Below, one piece after another: positions 24,927 through 36,683 of a DNA stretch of 64,000 nt. This DNA is from Ophelia neglecta (taxonomy: Eukaryota): assembly GCA_965285935.1 (NCBI GenBank), contig OZ260663.1, positions 34,224,001-34,288,000 on the forward strand. The letters run 5' to 3'. The position numbers and the translations under genes were made by a program. The notes beneath the pieces were generated by a model. It ran no database searches, was not told where the DNA came from, and saw nothing but the letters and a program-made list of their open reading frames with translations. Positions within the stretch are counted from its first letter, which is position 1. Every line of letters begins with the position of its first letter.

Positions 24927-27900
24927 TCAGTTCATAACAAAATCATTAAAACGTGATGGAGGTTTATGGCTCCTTACTGGTCTCTGGTCTGCAATGGCTT
25001 CATTTACATTTTTTTCATCATAATCACAAGAACTAAAATTTTGAGAATCATTATGCTGCTGAAGGATTTCATCTTGTCCCTCATTCAATTTACGAAAGTA
25101 TGTACTGTTACGCCTGACTTTTCGGCCCTGATCGTCTGCAGCCGTTATTTCTCCTCCCTTCCTGTCGACAACTTTGTATGAGTTGTCCTCGAAATTAGTA
25201 CTCATTTTGTCAGTCTTTTTCATTCGGACCAACACTTTATCGCCGACATCAATCGGATCCTTGATTGCATGCCGTTTCTCATCAGAGTACTTTTTTCCAT
25301 CTAGTTTGTGAAACCAGTCTCTGTCCCTAATTTCTTCATCACATATTTGAGGCTCTCTCCTCAACTCTGGGAGTTTTGTTTTCATCTCCCTACCGAACAT
25401 CATGTAGTAGGGCGTGGCGTTTGTTGAAGCTTGTGGGGTGGACCTATAAGCTATTAAATATTTGTCCAGTTCATAACTCCAATCCTTTTTCTCTGCCTTC
25501 GCTACTCGGATGGCCTTCATCAGGCTGCGATTTTGTCTCTCGACTTCTCCATTTGCCTGTGGCCACAGCGGAGTAGTTTTTCGTGACTCGACACCATATT
25601 CACTCAGAAATTTGCTAAATTCTGCCGATGAGAACTGCGGCCCATTATCTGTCCTGATGGAAAATGGAACCCCGAAGCGAGCAAACATGTGACTTATTGC
25701 TCGTATAACACTCTGTGCTGTCGTTGATCTCAATATGGCCACCTCATAATACCTACTATAGTAGTCCACAACTACCAATATGTTTTCCCCAGTAGGTAAT
25801 GGTCCCAATAGATCTGCTGCCAAATCCTCCCACGGTCCAGAAGGTGGCACCACTCTAGCCATTGGCTCTGGTGGCCTGTACTCGCTCACCAACTGGCATC
25901 CGTAGCATGACCTACATTTCATTTCTGCTTGTCTGTCCATTTTCGGCCACCATACCTTGCTTCGCAGTCTGTTCTTCGTTCGAACAATCCCTTGATGGCC
26001 TTCATGTGCAAGAGCAACTACTTTCCCCCTAAGGGCTTCCGGAATCACTATTCTTGTGCCTCTCAACAAGAGTTCACCATACACACACAGTTCATTTTTC
26101 ACGTGTGCATATACCGGGTATGTGCATCTTTCCCAATTCCCTGTTTTAACACAGTTTTTAATTTGATGCAGTTCTGGATCTGTTCCAGAAGCTTGCTCAA
26201 TTTCTTTGGGGGACAATGTTATTGGTATACTACTTTCTACCACCGATCTCACAAAATCATATTTTTCTCCATGATCCTTGGACTTGGAGTTTAATCGGGA
26301 AAGTACATCTGCTATATTACTCTTTCCAGGCCTGTATACTACCCTGAAATCATAAGCTTGTAGGCGTAGAATCCACCTCTCTATCCTTGCAGATGGTTTG
26401 GATTTAGGGGTGTATATATACTCGAGAGGCTTGTGGTCCGTCTCAAGCTCAAATTCCCTTCCAAAAATGTATAGGTTGAATCTCTCACAGGCCCACACTA
26501 ATGCTAGTGCCTCCTTTTCCGTCTGACTATATCGTCTTTCTACGTCTGTTAGGCAACGTGATGCATAGGATACTACTCTCCATTCCCCATTTTGAAGTTG
26601 GGTGAGCACAGATCCCAACCCCACCGGAGACGCGTCCGCCACAATCCTCGTTTTACCACCCACCTTGAAATATGCCAAGGTATCTGGGTGGGTGATCCTT
26701 TTCTTCAGTTCCTGGAATGCAGTTTCCTGTGTTTTGCCCCATATGAATGGCTGTCCTTTCTTTGTCAGGTCTCGGATGGGCCTGGACAATGTCGCAAGAT
26801 CAGGAATAAATCTCGCTGAAAATTCTACAAGGCCCATGAATGATCTGGCCTCGCTGGCTGTTTTTGGTGCCTCTGCATTCTGAATTGCTGCTATCTTTTC
26901 CTCACTTGGATTCACCCCCTTGTCTGTCAGTTCATGTCCAAAGAATGTCAATTTGGACATTCTGAATTCACACTTCTTACGGTTCAATGTAAGGCCTACC
27001 TCCCTCAACCTGTTCATCACTACACACAGTCTCTCATCATGCTCATGCACACCTTTCCCATGCACAATAATATCATCTGCAATGTTAGCAGCACCTTCAC
27101 ATTTTCTGAAAACATCCTTTATTATTTTCTGGTATTTCTCTGGCGCCGATGATATACCAAACATTAACCTTTTATATCTGAATAAACCTCTGTGTGTTAC
27201 AAATGTGGTTATATGGCGGCTCTCTTCTTTCAGCGCAATTTGATGAAAACCCCAACGAAGGTCAAGCTTTGAAAATAGTGTGCTCTCATTTAAGTCCTGC
27301 AATATGTCTTCCACCGTAGGAATGGGTTGGCGTTCCCTGAGTATAGCCTCATTGGCTCGGCGCATGTCAACGCAGATCCGAACATCGCCGTCACTCTTTG
27401 GCACAACTACCAGGGGCGAGACCCAGTCGGTTGGTCCCTCCGGCACTTCTTCAATAATATCCTGTGCTATAAGCTCATCCAGCTTCTCATCCACCTTATC
27501 ACGTATACCAAAGGGGATCCTCCGCACACTTTGTGCCACAGGTTTAACATCCTGTTTCACATTCAAACCAAGTTCATATCCCTTAAGGAGTCCCACTCCT
27601 TCAAACACATCTTTAAATTTCTCATGAATGTCTACTTCTGTATGTTCTGAAACCACACTGTTAATATGTATTGGACCTACACGGAGAAGCTTCAATTGCT
27701 CTGCTGTGTCACGGCCAAGTAATGTTTTTCCTGGCCCATTTACTACCACAAAAGCAGCTTCACACTGTCTGTTACTGTCCTCTGATGTAATTTTGGCTGT
27801 GAATGTTCCTAATGTGTTCAGAGGCTTCTGACTGCCATAGGCAAACAATACCTTTGCCTCCCTTGTGGTGTCACACTGAATACCCTGAGTTTTCAACCAC

Positions 27901-28976
27901 TGCCATGTAGGCCTACCTAAAATGTTACTAGTGGCACCTGAGTCGATAAGGATATCACTCACATTTACCCCACCTAGATTCAGAGTTACTGTCCCTGAGC
28001 TATATGATTTTTCACAGTTTATGCTAAAGGCATATTCACCACCATTGACATCTGGCTCTCTGGCACCCATTACATTATGTGTGTTAGAGCCTCTACCTGG
28101 ATGTCTTCCATTTCTGGCCCCACGGAAACCTCCTCCGCGCCTCTGGCCTCCTACCTGTCCCTGGCCCATTCCAGGCGGTTGTCCCCGTTTATTTTTACAC
28201 TTAACAGCGAAGTGTCCGACTTCAGAGCAGACCCTACATGACAAGTCTTTTGCCGGGCACTTTTTGTCCCTGGCAAAATGTCCAAAACCTCCACAGGCAA
28301 AACATTCCTTTGCCCTATTGCTGCCCACAGGATTTGACGGTTCGCCCCTCCTGTGATACCCGACAACATTGACATCACCTTGCTTCAAGTGATTTTGAGG
28401 ATTATATGCTGAGCTGGAGTCATAACTTCCGGTATCCATTACTTTAACTTGATGATCAACTGCTTCGAATGCTCTGCCAATAGTAAGACAGTCATCTAAT
28501 TTCACATTGTCTTTTTCAAGGAATTTCCTCCTAAGCTGGCTTGACCTACATTTATCTACGACTTGGTCCCTGAGGTAGTCGTTTTCAGCTTCATCAAATT
28601 CACAGTTGGCAGCCCTCTGCCTAAGTCGACACACAAACTGATCAATTGTTTCATTTTCCTCCTGGGCTATTTGCCGAAATAAATGTCTTTCGAAAGAGGC
28701 GTTACTTTTGGGTGTAAAATAATCATCTAAAATTTTCATGGTTTCAGCATAATTCTGGTCTTCATGTGACAAAGTATAAAAAATATCTTGTACCTGCAGT
28801 CCCGCACAATGCAACAATAGGGCGGTTTTCTGCCCATCCGTTGTTACCCCTTTACTTGTTGAATACAATTGAAAAGCTCTCTTCCACTTTCTCCATCTCT
28901 GTGATATACCGTGTGGTTCTCCCTTCGGGTCAAAAGGCTCCAAATTTCCGATGTCTCCAGCCAGTAAAGCAGCCAT
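24927..28976 (-). CDS. Gypsy Gag-Pol polyprotein, 1349 aa
   Basis: Two CCHC knuckles (CFACGGFGH..C, CRVCSEVGHFAVKC), protease LIDSGA, RT VRICVDMR..NIADDII, RNase H ADAS..TDHKPL, integrase HEGH..CYGC..D..TDNG..EVERQN. The PR-RT-RH-IN order is that of Gypsy. Confidence 0.97.
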   Translation of the reverse strand: MAALLAGDIGNLEPFDPKGEPHGISQRWRKWKRAFQLYSTSKGVTTDGQKTALLLHCAGLQVQDIFYTLSHEDQNYAETMKILDDYFTPKSNASFERHLFRQIAQEENETIDQFVCRLRQRAANCEFDEAENDYLRDQVVDKCRSSQLRRKFLEKDNVKLDDCLTIGRAFEAVDHQVKVMDTGSYDSSSAYNPQNHLKQGDVNVVGYHRRGEPSNPVGSNRAKECFACGGFGHFARDKKCPAKDLSCRVCSEVGHFAVKCKNKRGQPPGMGQGQVGGQRRGGGFRGARNGRHPGRGSNTHNVMGAREPDVNGGEYAFSINCEKSYSSGTVTLNLGGVNVSDILIDSGATSNILGRPTWQWLKTQGIQCDTTREAKVLFAYGSQKPLNTLGTFTAKITSEDSNRQCEAAFVVVNGPGKTLLGRDTAEQLKLLRVGPIHINSVVSEHTEVDIHEKFKDVFEGVGLLKGYELGLNVKQDVKPVAQSVRRIPFGIRDKVDEKLDELIAQDIIEEVPEGPTDWVSPLVVVPKSDGDVRICVDMRRANEAILRERQPIPTVEDILQDLNESTLFSKLDLRWGFHQIALKEESRHITTFVTHRGLFRYKRLMFGISSAPEKYQKIIKDVFRKCEGAANIADDIIVHGKGVHEHDERLCVVMNRLREVGLTLNRKKCEFRMSKLTFFGHELTDKGVNPSEEKIAAIQNAEAPKTASEARSFMGLVEFSARFIPDLATLSRPIRDLTKKGQPFIWGKTQETAFQELKKRITHPDTLAYFKVGGKTRIVADASPVGLGSVLTQLQNGEWRVVSYASRCLTDVERRYSQTEKEALALVWACERFNLYIFGREFELETDHKPLEYIYTPKSKPSARIERWILRLQAYDFRVVYRPGKSNIADVLSRLNSKSKDHGEKYDFVRSVVESSIPITLSPKEIEQASGTDPELHQIKNCVKTGNWERCTYPVYAHVKNELCVYGELLLRGTRIVIPEALRGKVVALAHEGHQGIVRTKNRLRSKVWWPKMDRQAEMKCRSCYGCQLVSEYRPPEPMARVVPPSGPWEDLAADLLGPLPTGENILVVVDYYSRYYEVAILRSTTAQSVIRAISHMFARFGVPFSIRTDNGPQFSSAEFSKFLSEYGVESRKTTPLWPQANGEVERQNRSLMKAIRVAKAEKKDWSYELDKYLIAYRSTPQASTNATPYYMMFGREMKTKLPELRREPQICDEEIRDRDWFHKLDGKKYSDEKRHAIKDPIDVGDKVLVRMKKTDKMSTNFEDNSYKVVDRKGGEITAADDQGRKVRRNSTYFRKLNEGQDEILQQHNDSQNFSSCDYDEKNVNEAIADQRPVRSHKPPSRFNDFVMN

Positions 28977-29092
28977 GATCCCACACGTTCTTCAAAATCA
29001 ACACTAAAATTGTCCACAAAATATCCTCCCTTTCTGGTAATTCCCACAGAAAATATTCCTCTAAATATGTCCAACACAGCCTTGGGTGACTT

Positions 29093-29105
29093 ATCCTCGT
29101 CGCCA
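29093..29105 (-). promoter_or_regulatory. Primer-binding site, complementary to the 3' end of tRNA-Ser(GCU)
   Basis: Minus strand TGGCGACGAGGAT starts 2 nt after the 5' LTR; metazoan tRNA-Ser(GCU) ends ...ATCCTCGTCGCCA. Confidence 0.8.
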
Positions 29106-31318
29106 GTTGTAGTATTTAGCCCGATGACCCTGGATGACTTGTGATTGTCAATAATAAACACGTCACTATTGACCATGTGCTTTATTCCTCCACAGACTAT
29201 AGATAGCTACCTACAATAACCCGGATGTTGCCAGGAAGTCCCAAATTACTAAAGTAGTAATAGTGTTCTAAGTAGTACCTTACTACTTTTACTCTGAACA
29301 CTACAATTGGTACTGCTGGTTTAGCTCGAATGGTGTTGCAGATAATGCACTTGTTGCATACTGAGTCCATTTAGGAACCAATACTTCAGCCTGATTTCGG
29401 CGAGAACTCTTTCAGCACCTGCATGGGGTACTCGGCGGTGGGCGGCATCAACTATGATTTGCACAACATGGTGGTTGTTTGGTAGAATTACCTGGTGCTT
29501 TGCATCCAAAGGAAGATACGACTTTTTCAAGTCTTCCTCCAATACGGACTAGACCATCAGGGTGTACTGTAGGGTTGAATCTACGGAGTGCCTGTATCGG
29601 TGGTAGAGCTCTCTGCACTACCAGGAGTATGGCAGTTTCAGCAGACTGCAGTTCATCAGTGGTTAGTGGTCCGGGACTCGGTTTCTGTTTACGGAACAAT
29701 TTCCCACATCTCCGGTACCAGGCAACGGCTTTCTTCAATCGGAACCATGAGGAGTAGTAGTTCAGTATGATTGAGGTGTAATCGATCTCTGTTTTTGCAG
29801 AGTAGACTGCGAGGGATACTTGTGTACTTCTGTCGGCATAACATCTGGAACACCCTTCGTGCTTGGAGTATGTACGGGCTAACAAATCCCAAGGGATAGT
29901 AAATGGCGCTAAGGGTACTGAGAACTCCTCGTTTGGTGTCCGGTCTTTGTGTAATTTGGACATCGAATCCAAAGGCATCTTCGGCAACGTGCCAGAGCAT
30001 ACCAAGTGCTCTTTCACTCGGGAGGGCATCAAAGCAAACATCAAGGGTCGATGAAGCCTTTCCCAAATGTTCCGGTGGGATTACGTTAATTAGCTCCTTG
30101 CAATTTGATATCCACTTTGTCAGGTTGAAGCCTCGACGGGATAGTGCTTCTCGAAGCTCGGTGGCCTATTGAATGGCTGTAGGTATGTCGTCGACGGATA
30201 TAAGGCAGTCATCAACCTAGAAGCTACGGACAATTGCTTCACAAACTTCTGGGTTATATTGGTCTTTGAACTTCTCAGCTACACTCTGCAATGCATAGTT
30301 GGCGCAGCTCGGGCTCCAGACTCCTCCAAATAAGTGAGCAGTCATACGGTATGTGGGGTAGGTATTCTTGGTGTTGTCATCCTCAAACCATATATACCGT
30401 AGTACATCTCGGTCCTTCGGAGTTACCCAGACTTGATGGAACATAGCTTCAACATCGGCCATGAAAGCTACAAGGCCCTTTCGGAACCTTAACAGTACTC
30501 CTACAAGACTGTTTGTTAAGTCCGGTCCTTGGAGTATGTTGTCATTCAGGGAGTACCCTTGGTATTTAGCGGCGCAATCGAATACGAGGCGACTTTTCTC
30601 GGGTTTCTTTGGATTGAATACCGGGTGGTGTGGAAGGTACCATACTTTGTTGTCAGAACGCTGAAGTTCAGGTTCGGCGACTCGTTCAGCATATCCCTTG
30701 TCCGCTAATTTCTGGACTTCGGCAGTGTACTTCTTCTTAAGTACAGGGTCACGATCTAGGCGCTTTCCTAGGAGGGCTAGTCTTCTTTCTGCCATGGGAA
30801 GATTGTTTGCCAGGGCAGGCTCTTTTGCTTTAAACGGTATGTCAAGGGTGTAGTGTCCATCCATGAGGGTTTTACTGTTTTCCCATATATCTAGAGCCTT
30901 TTGGTCATCAATAGACATTCCTTCTTCCTCCGACTGAGATCCTTCTAGTTCCCAAAGTCGGGCAAGGTCGTTCTCGAGTGGTGGGCGCTGTACAAAGTTG
31001 GGGTATAGGAGGTCCCACAGGACCATTGACAGCCCATCCAAGGGGAGTGTGTACTGCAAATGGCTCACCAGGACTGCCTGTACGTCTTTCGGTAGGTAGA
31101 AGTATATCAGGACAGTCTTGGCCAGTCAGTAAGTCGACTTGGTTGATAACCAAATCTGGTATCTGTAGGTCGGCTAGGTGCGGCCATTCTGCGAGATCAA
31201 CTTGGCGTGCCATACTTGCCGATGATATATTAAGTCCAGGTCGGACTGTTTCTTCTGGTATGGTAAATTGTTGGATGTCTCCTAGGTCCGCTATCATCAA
31301 GGTGACAACTATAGCCAC

Positions 31319-31541
31319 GGGTCATAGTTGGGCAATGTTCCTATAACAAATGGCTAGTCCTACAATCTGTCGCCCAATGCCTTATCTACTTATAGGGGGC
31401 TGCAGCATCAGAGCTTATCCATATCCGGTTTACAGTGGAGGGAAACTAATCTGAGAAATAACTAGGTGTCATAGTGACATTAAACGTTTACAAAACAAAT
31501 TATTATAAAAAAGTAAAAAAAAAAACAGGAGGTTCGTTACA
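31319..31541 (-). repeat. Bel/Pao 5' LTR remnant
   Basis: Direct repeat of 23817-24044, joined directly to pol sequence at 31318 by a deletion that removed the PBS and gag. Confidence 0.85.
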
Positions 31542-31808
31542 AGGTCACTACCGAATATGGGGACCCGGGGTTCTTAATTTGTATTTATATTGTCTATTGT
31601 CCCTATTTCCCTGCACCCTGCCGCAGTCTGCCCTGGTCTCCCTTACTGATTAAAGTATGTTCCGCAGACGACTGAGAAATAAAGGTTAAAGGGGATAAAG
31701 TATGCTGCAATAATCAGCCATAATATATATGGACGCGTGTACTATAAATGCTGTATAAGCCATGCGGCAGTCCCAGTTCACCAGCTCTCTGATGTAAACA
31801 TTACTACG

Positions 31809-34800
31809 ATGGCTGCCGCTGTGATAAGACGGCTGGCGGTAGGAGCCCACAGGAATGCCGGCCGTTTGCGGAACATAACTCGGGTAACAGGACACCAGAT
31901 CAACGTACGATGGGGGAGTTACTACCCGATAGATGAAGATCTGTTTGGACTGACAGAGGAACAAACACAGGTAAAGAACGTTAAAGCATCAACTCCCATC
32001 AGGGCCTTTATCATTATCTGTTTATGTAAGTTGTGTAAATATCCCTTGTTGTTATGAAGCCAAGGTCAAGGCTGTAAACTTAAGGTACAGCTAAGGGACC
32101 GTTCATTATTTATTTCCAAGGGCTTTGGGATGGGCGGGCAAACGGTGAGTGACATATAGGCCTTAACCTAAATATTCGAAAAAAAAGTCCACCCCATAAT
32201 ACGTAGAAATATTTGTCAGATTGCACCACCGTTTACTTTTTTGGCAAGCCAGGGTCAATAAAGGTATACTTATAGTGTGAAGAATATAGTCTACAAAACT
32301 GTAATATTTCTAACTCTGAATCCATTATGGCACAAAGTTCAGTACCCCAAGTCTGTTTACATAAACGGGGAGGGGAGCATTCTTTGCCCCTTGGGTTGGG
32401 ATAGGGGGGCGCTACACTGCTAGTTTGGTGGTGATGTGAGAGTGACAGACACGAGAGATATTTCCCTGTGAAAAGGCGCCCGTCGGGGTGCGGGGCGGAG
32501 AGGGGGGGGCGTAGGGAAGCGCAATCAAACCGCTTACTTAAGGCCTACATGGGTGACCGTTATTACTTAGAACAATGCATCGTTACGAGCTTTCTTTACT
32601 TGTGAAAAAAACGATAACCTTAAGTACCTTAATCATCTAACCTGTGGATTATTGTATTTTTAAGTTGCGCCAGACAGTCTTTAACTTTGCACAAGAGGAA
32701 GTTGCCCCAAAAGCTCATCAGATCGACAGAGACAACACATTCCCGGAGATTAGGGTAACCATTTACACCAGCCACCACTAACATAATGAGTTGTTAAATT
32801 AAGACAGCCATAAATAACATAGAAGGGGCCATTTAATATTCTAGTTGTTTTATTCTTAAAAAAAGGTCTGTAAGCAAAGATAATTTCCTCGTTCTGGTGT
32901 ATAATAAATTCTAACAACATTTTTACATATTAAAGGAGTTTTGGAAGAAGCTGGGTCATCTTGGGTTACTCGGTATCACTGCGCCAGGTTAGAAGCCAAT
33001 TTTAACCGATCTAATCAATTCGAAGTTGTAATAATATTAGGCATTGATCATAATAATAATTTCGTCAAATAATAATTAGTTATAAGCTAATGTCAGCTAT
33101 TGTCTTTGTTTGCATTTGGATAAATCATGTATTTTAAAATGGAAAACGTACGGCATTAAATTATTTTTCTCCAAAAAAAAACAGGCATTTATATTTTTCA
33201 GTTAAATACGGTGGAAGTGGGGCGACAATAACTGACCAATGTATTGTCATAGAGGAACTGACTCGCGCAAGCGCATCGGTATCCTTGAGCTACGGAGCGC
33301 ATTCCAACCTGTGTGTCAATCAACTGGCCCGAAATGGCAGTGAACAACAGAAACAAAAATATCTTCCAGACGTAACTCAATTTTAACGTCCTACAACTAT
33401 CTATAATTCGTATTTTAGGGAGCTGTTTATAAGACTTGGTATAAAAAGCAAGTTTAATATGACAAGTGAAGGATCTGGAAAAATGATATGTAACTACTTG
33501 GGAGCAAGAGGTCATAGCTGTATATATTAATTGAACTCGAGGCAGGATATATTTTCTCATTATAGGCTTTGCCATATAGGTCTATTTAAGCGTAAAGCGG
33601 AAATCCAAATCCACAATTTCAATTTTTTTTGTATTGAACTATCAAAGATTGTTCTTGACTTGTGGTACCACCCATCTAGCCCGGCGATATCAGCGACTCT
33701 ATCAAATGTGCAATTCTCCGGATGGAGCACAGTGGACAGATTCGTTGTTATCGCTGGGTGGTACAGGTGGTGCAGGTGGTACCGCAAAAGTTGTATATTC
33801 GAGTCCCAGCCAAGAGAACAACCATCTTTGAAATTTGTATACAGTGGGCATACCAATCAAAATAATGTAAATCGGCAAATAGTCGAAAGTCCGTTCCAAC
33901 AAATCTAGTTTATATGAAACAGTTATAATTTTTTGGGAGAAAAAATAAATAAATGGGAATTGCAAGGAAACAGATTTATTAAAGCACATACGCACGTAAT
34001 TATAATAATACTTATACAATTGGTTATAAAATATGATGTATACATATTTAGACACTTTTATTGACGAGATCTCTGGTGTGTGTTCAGCTTTGTAGCGGAG
34101 ACCTGATTGGGGCGTTAGCCATGAGCGAGGCAGGATCAGGTTCTGACGTGGTGTCCATGAAGTGCAGAGCAGAAAAGAAAGGTATGTATAATGATGGGTT
34201 GCTCTGCATATGAGATAGCAGAACAGTGGCGGATGCAGGATTTCAGGAAGGAGGGGCCCAAATTTTCCAAGGCTGACAAGGCAAATGTCTCGATTGTTCC
34301 CGTTACCAACCCTCTGAAACCACCTTGCGTGGGTCCAGAGATAAGCCCTGGTCCAGCCCACTTTTTGGCAAGGGGGGGGGGGGTTGGCGCCCCCTCAATC
34401 CCCCACTGCTTAATAAAACTTTTTGAATTTTTTAACCGGAATAAAAACTAATTCATCTTGGCGCACACAGTGAACCCCGTGTTCTTCTTGGACATCTTGA
34501 AATGTTCAGTTCATGACGATGGCCTTTAGATACAAATTAAAGTTATCGCTTTGACAGGTGATTACTACGTATTGAATGGGTCCAAGTTTTGGATAACTAA
34601 CGGCCCTGTTGCAGATATCCTTGTAGTCTACGCCAAGACGGACTTCAACACGTCTCAGCCACAGCACGGGGTCACCACCTTTATAGTAGAAAAGGTGAAA
34701 ACAAGTTAATTTTCTCTTATACGCGTAACACTCAAAATAAAACTGTTCAACTTGGGTGTCTTTAGGTTTTGTTGGCTTTAAGCTGTGTTTTAGGTATAAC

Positions 34801-36683
34801 TTTGCCACATACTTGTCTAGACAATATATTATATTTTCGTATTTAATTTCTGATGAGCTAATTTAGGGTATGGCTGGATTCCGGCAAGGAGAACCCTTAG
34901 ACAAATTAGGTCACCGAGGGTCTCCAACAGGGGAGCTGATATTTGAGGATTGTCATGTTCCCGGTATAACGTCTAATCGTTTATTTTTTAAATTATCAAA
35001 GGAATCAAACATGTATACAACCGCCATCATTTGTATAACGACTCACGATTTAGACCATAAGGCAGTACTAGAAATATATTATAAATTAAAACGATGCTTA
35101 TGAATAACACATTTTCCAACACATTAAATGTATTTATATTTGTTTTTATTACTCGCATTCAGTCGCAAATGTTCTTGGGAAGGAGAATCGTGGAATATAT
35201 GTTTTATTTAGCGGGTTGGACATTGAACGTACCATACTGACAGCTGGAGCTGTGGGGTAAGTCAATCTCATGTCGTGCTTTCATGTAAAAAATCAATGGC
35301 AAGGCTATCCCGACCCTTACATGACTTCCGCACAGTTAAGTCAAGACGAATAAATTGAGAACCGGCTATAAAGAACTTGTTGCTTTTGCCCTTGTTTAGG
35401 ATTATGCAGGCCTGTTGTGACGTGGCTTTCGAGTATGCTCACATGCGAAAACAGTTTGGCACAGAAATTGGAAAATTCCAGGTAGTCTATTACTTAAATA
35501 TATCAAAGTATGCAGCCTCGCCCACACCTATGTAATGGCAATTGTAATGAAATATGAACCGGTACTGCTTGTCTCTCTCGCTCGAGGTTATCAATGAGGG
35601 ACGAAAAACGCGGCTGCCATGCTTGCACTTTTTTAGATTTAACAAGTAACTTAATTTATTCTAGTAGTTATTTAAATTCATAGAGCTCAGTGGGTCGAAG
35701 CCCTCTGTTAAGGACGAAGTGTCATTATAATAATTGAAATTCATTTCTCATAACTTTAGTGTGAATAATATAGTATGCGTTTTACAGGCATTATGAAAAC
35801 ATTCAGATGTTATCTACCTTATAAAGTTATATCTCGTGTTCTGATCATAATAATTGACATTCACAATTTTAATGAATTGTTGCAGCTTATACAAGGCAAG
35901 ATGGCGGACATGTTCGCGTCTCTCAATTCCTGTAGGTCGTACATGTATAACGTCTCTCGGGCAATAGACAGAGGTCATATAGTAGCCAAGGTCGGTACAA
36001 TGTCATTCGTATGTGGGAAGTAGTTACATTATGCCATCAAATACTTTTTTCGTGTAATTTGATTTAACCGACTTTGGTAGAGCAGGAAGTCTACTGACAA
36101 CAGAATACATTATACATAGTTGATTTAATGAATGAATCACATTAATCCTTAATTCGTGTGATCTGTCAGTTAACTAAATGAATTTGTATAATCATGGAGC
36201 AATGTGGGTTATTAAAACATGCTATTCCCTCCTGCAGGATGCAGCTGCTACCTCACTCCTAGCTGGAGAGCAATGTGTACAACTAGCCTTAGATACCGTC
36301 CAAATATTAGGTGGGAACCGATGAAGTAATCTATGATAAAACTTAATGAATTGGGCTAATACTCGCACATTAGGCCAAAAAAATTATGGTTCCATATTAG
36401 CCTAAAGTTCGTGGGAAATATTAATTGTTGAATGAGAAATATTAATTGTTGAATGATATACAAGTGTTGCTTTTGAAGCTTTACACCATCGATTGAACTG
36501 TGGTTAAAATTAACAAATCGCTCTAGTTTTATCTTGGTTTATGTAGGAGGGAACGGCTACATAAATGACTACCCTGCTGGGCGGTTACTTAGAGACGCAA
36601 AGCTTCTGACAATAGGTGGCGGCACCACAGAGGTGAGGAAAATGGTGGTTGGACGCGCTATCAATGATGAATATCTTAATTGA
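31809..36683 (+). CDS. IVD: Isovaleryl-CoA dehydrogenase-like, mitochondrial, copy 1 (12 exons)
   Basis: Exons 31809-31970, 32665-32754, 32936-32987, 33202-33371, 34088-34181, 34558-34694, 34867-34963, 35163-35256, 35400-35481, 35886-35990, 36238-36310, 36547-36683. Arg-rich targeting peptide; [41 protein letters not shown] (catalytic Glu), [18 protein letters not shown]. Human IVD also has 12 exons. Confidence 0.93.
34224..34408. mobile_element. Short non-autonomous DNA transposon (MITE) in IVD copy 1 intron 5
   Basis: Imperfect terminal inverted repeat CAGTGGCGGAT ... ATCCCCCACTG with a G-tract near the end; no clean TSD. Confidence 0.55.

Larger units (their letters stand above)
24714..29305 (-). 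mobile_element. Intact Ty3/Gypsy LTR retrotransposon (Mag-like), 4592 bp
   Basis: Identical 198-bp LTRs at 24714-24911 and 29108-29305 (TGTAGT...ACTACA); TSD ATTGG at 24709-24713 and 29306-29310; PBS 29093-29105; PPT ~24912-24925; single gag-pol ORF. Confidence 0.97.
22829..31541 (-). mobile_element. Bel/Pao LTR retrotransposon, internally deleted and frameshifted
   Basis: TSD AGGTC at 22824-22828 and 31542-31546; termini TATAACG (degenerate TGTAACG)...CGTTACA. 3' LTR 22829-24044 with PPT at 24045-24054; 5' LTR truncated to 31319-31541. Pao-type pol pieces: WYLPHHPV, RLVFDCAAK, LQGPDL, ADVEAMF, LFTCFATRAVHIE, WPLG, RPVVKLCLL. Confidence 0.9.

Noticed and set aside
25376-28978. Many plus-strand ORFs overlapping the Gypsy element
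   Set aside because: Antisense shadows of the long gag-pol ORF with no independent motifs.
33531-34451. Long ORFs (e.g. 33702-34361, 219 aa) within IVD copy 1
   Set aside because: They run across introns, an exon antisense and a MITE, with no recognisable protein features.
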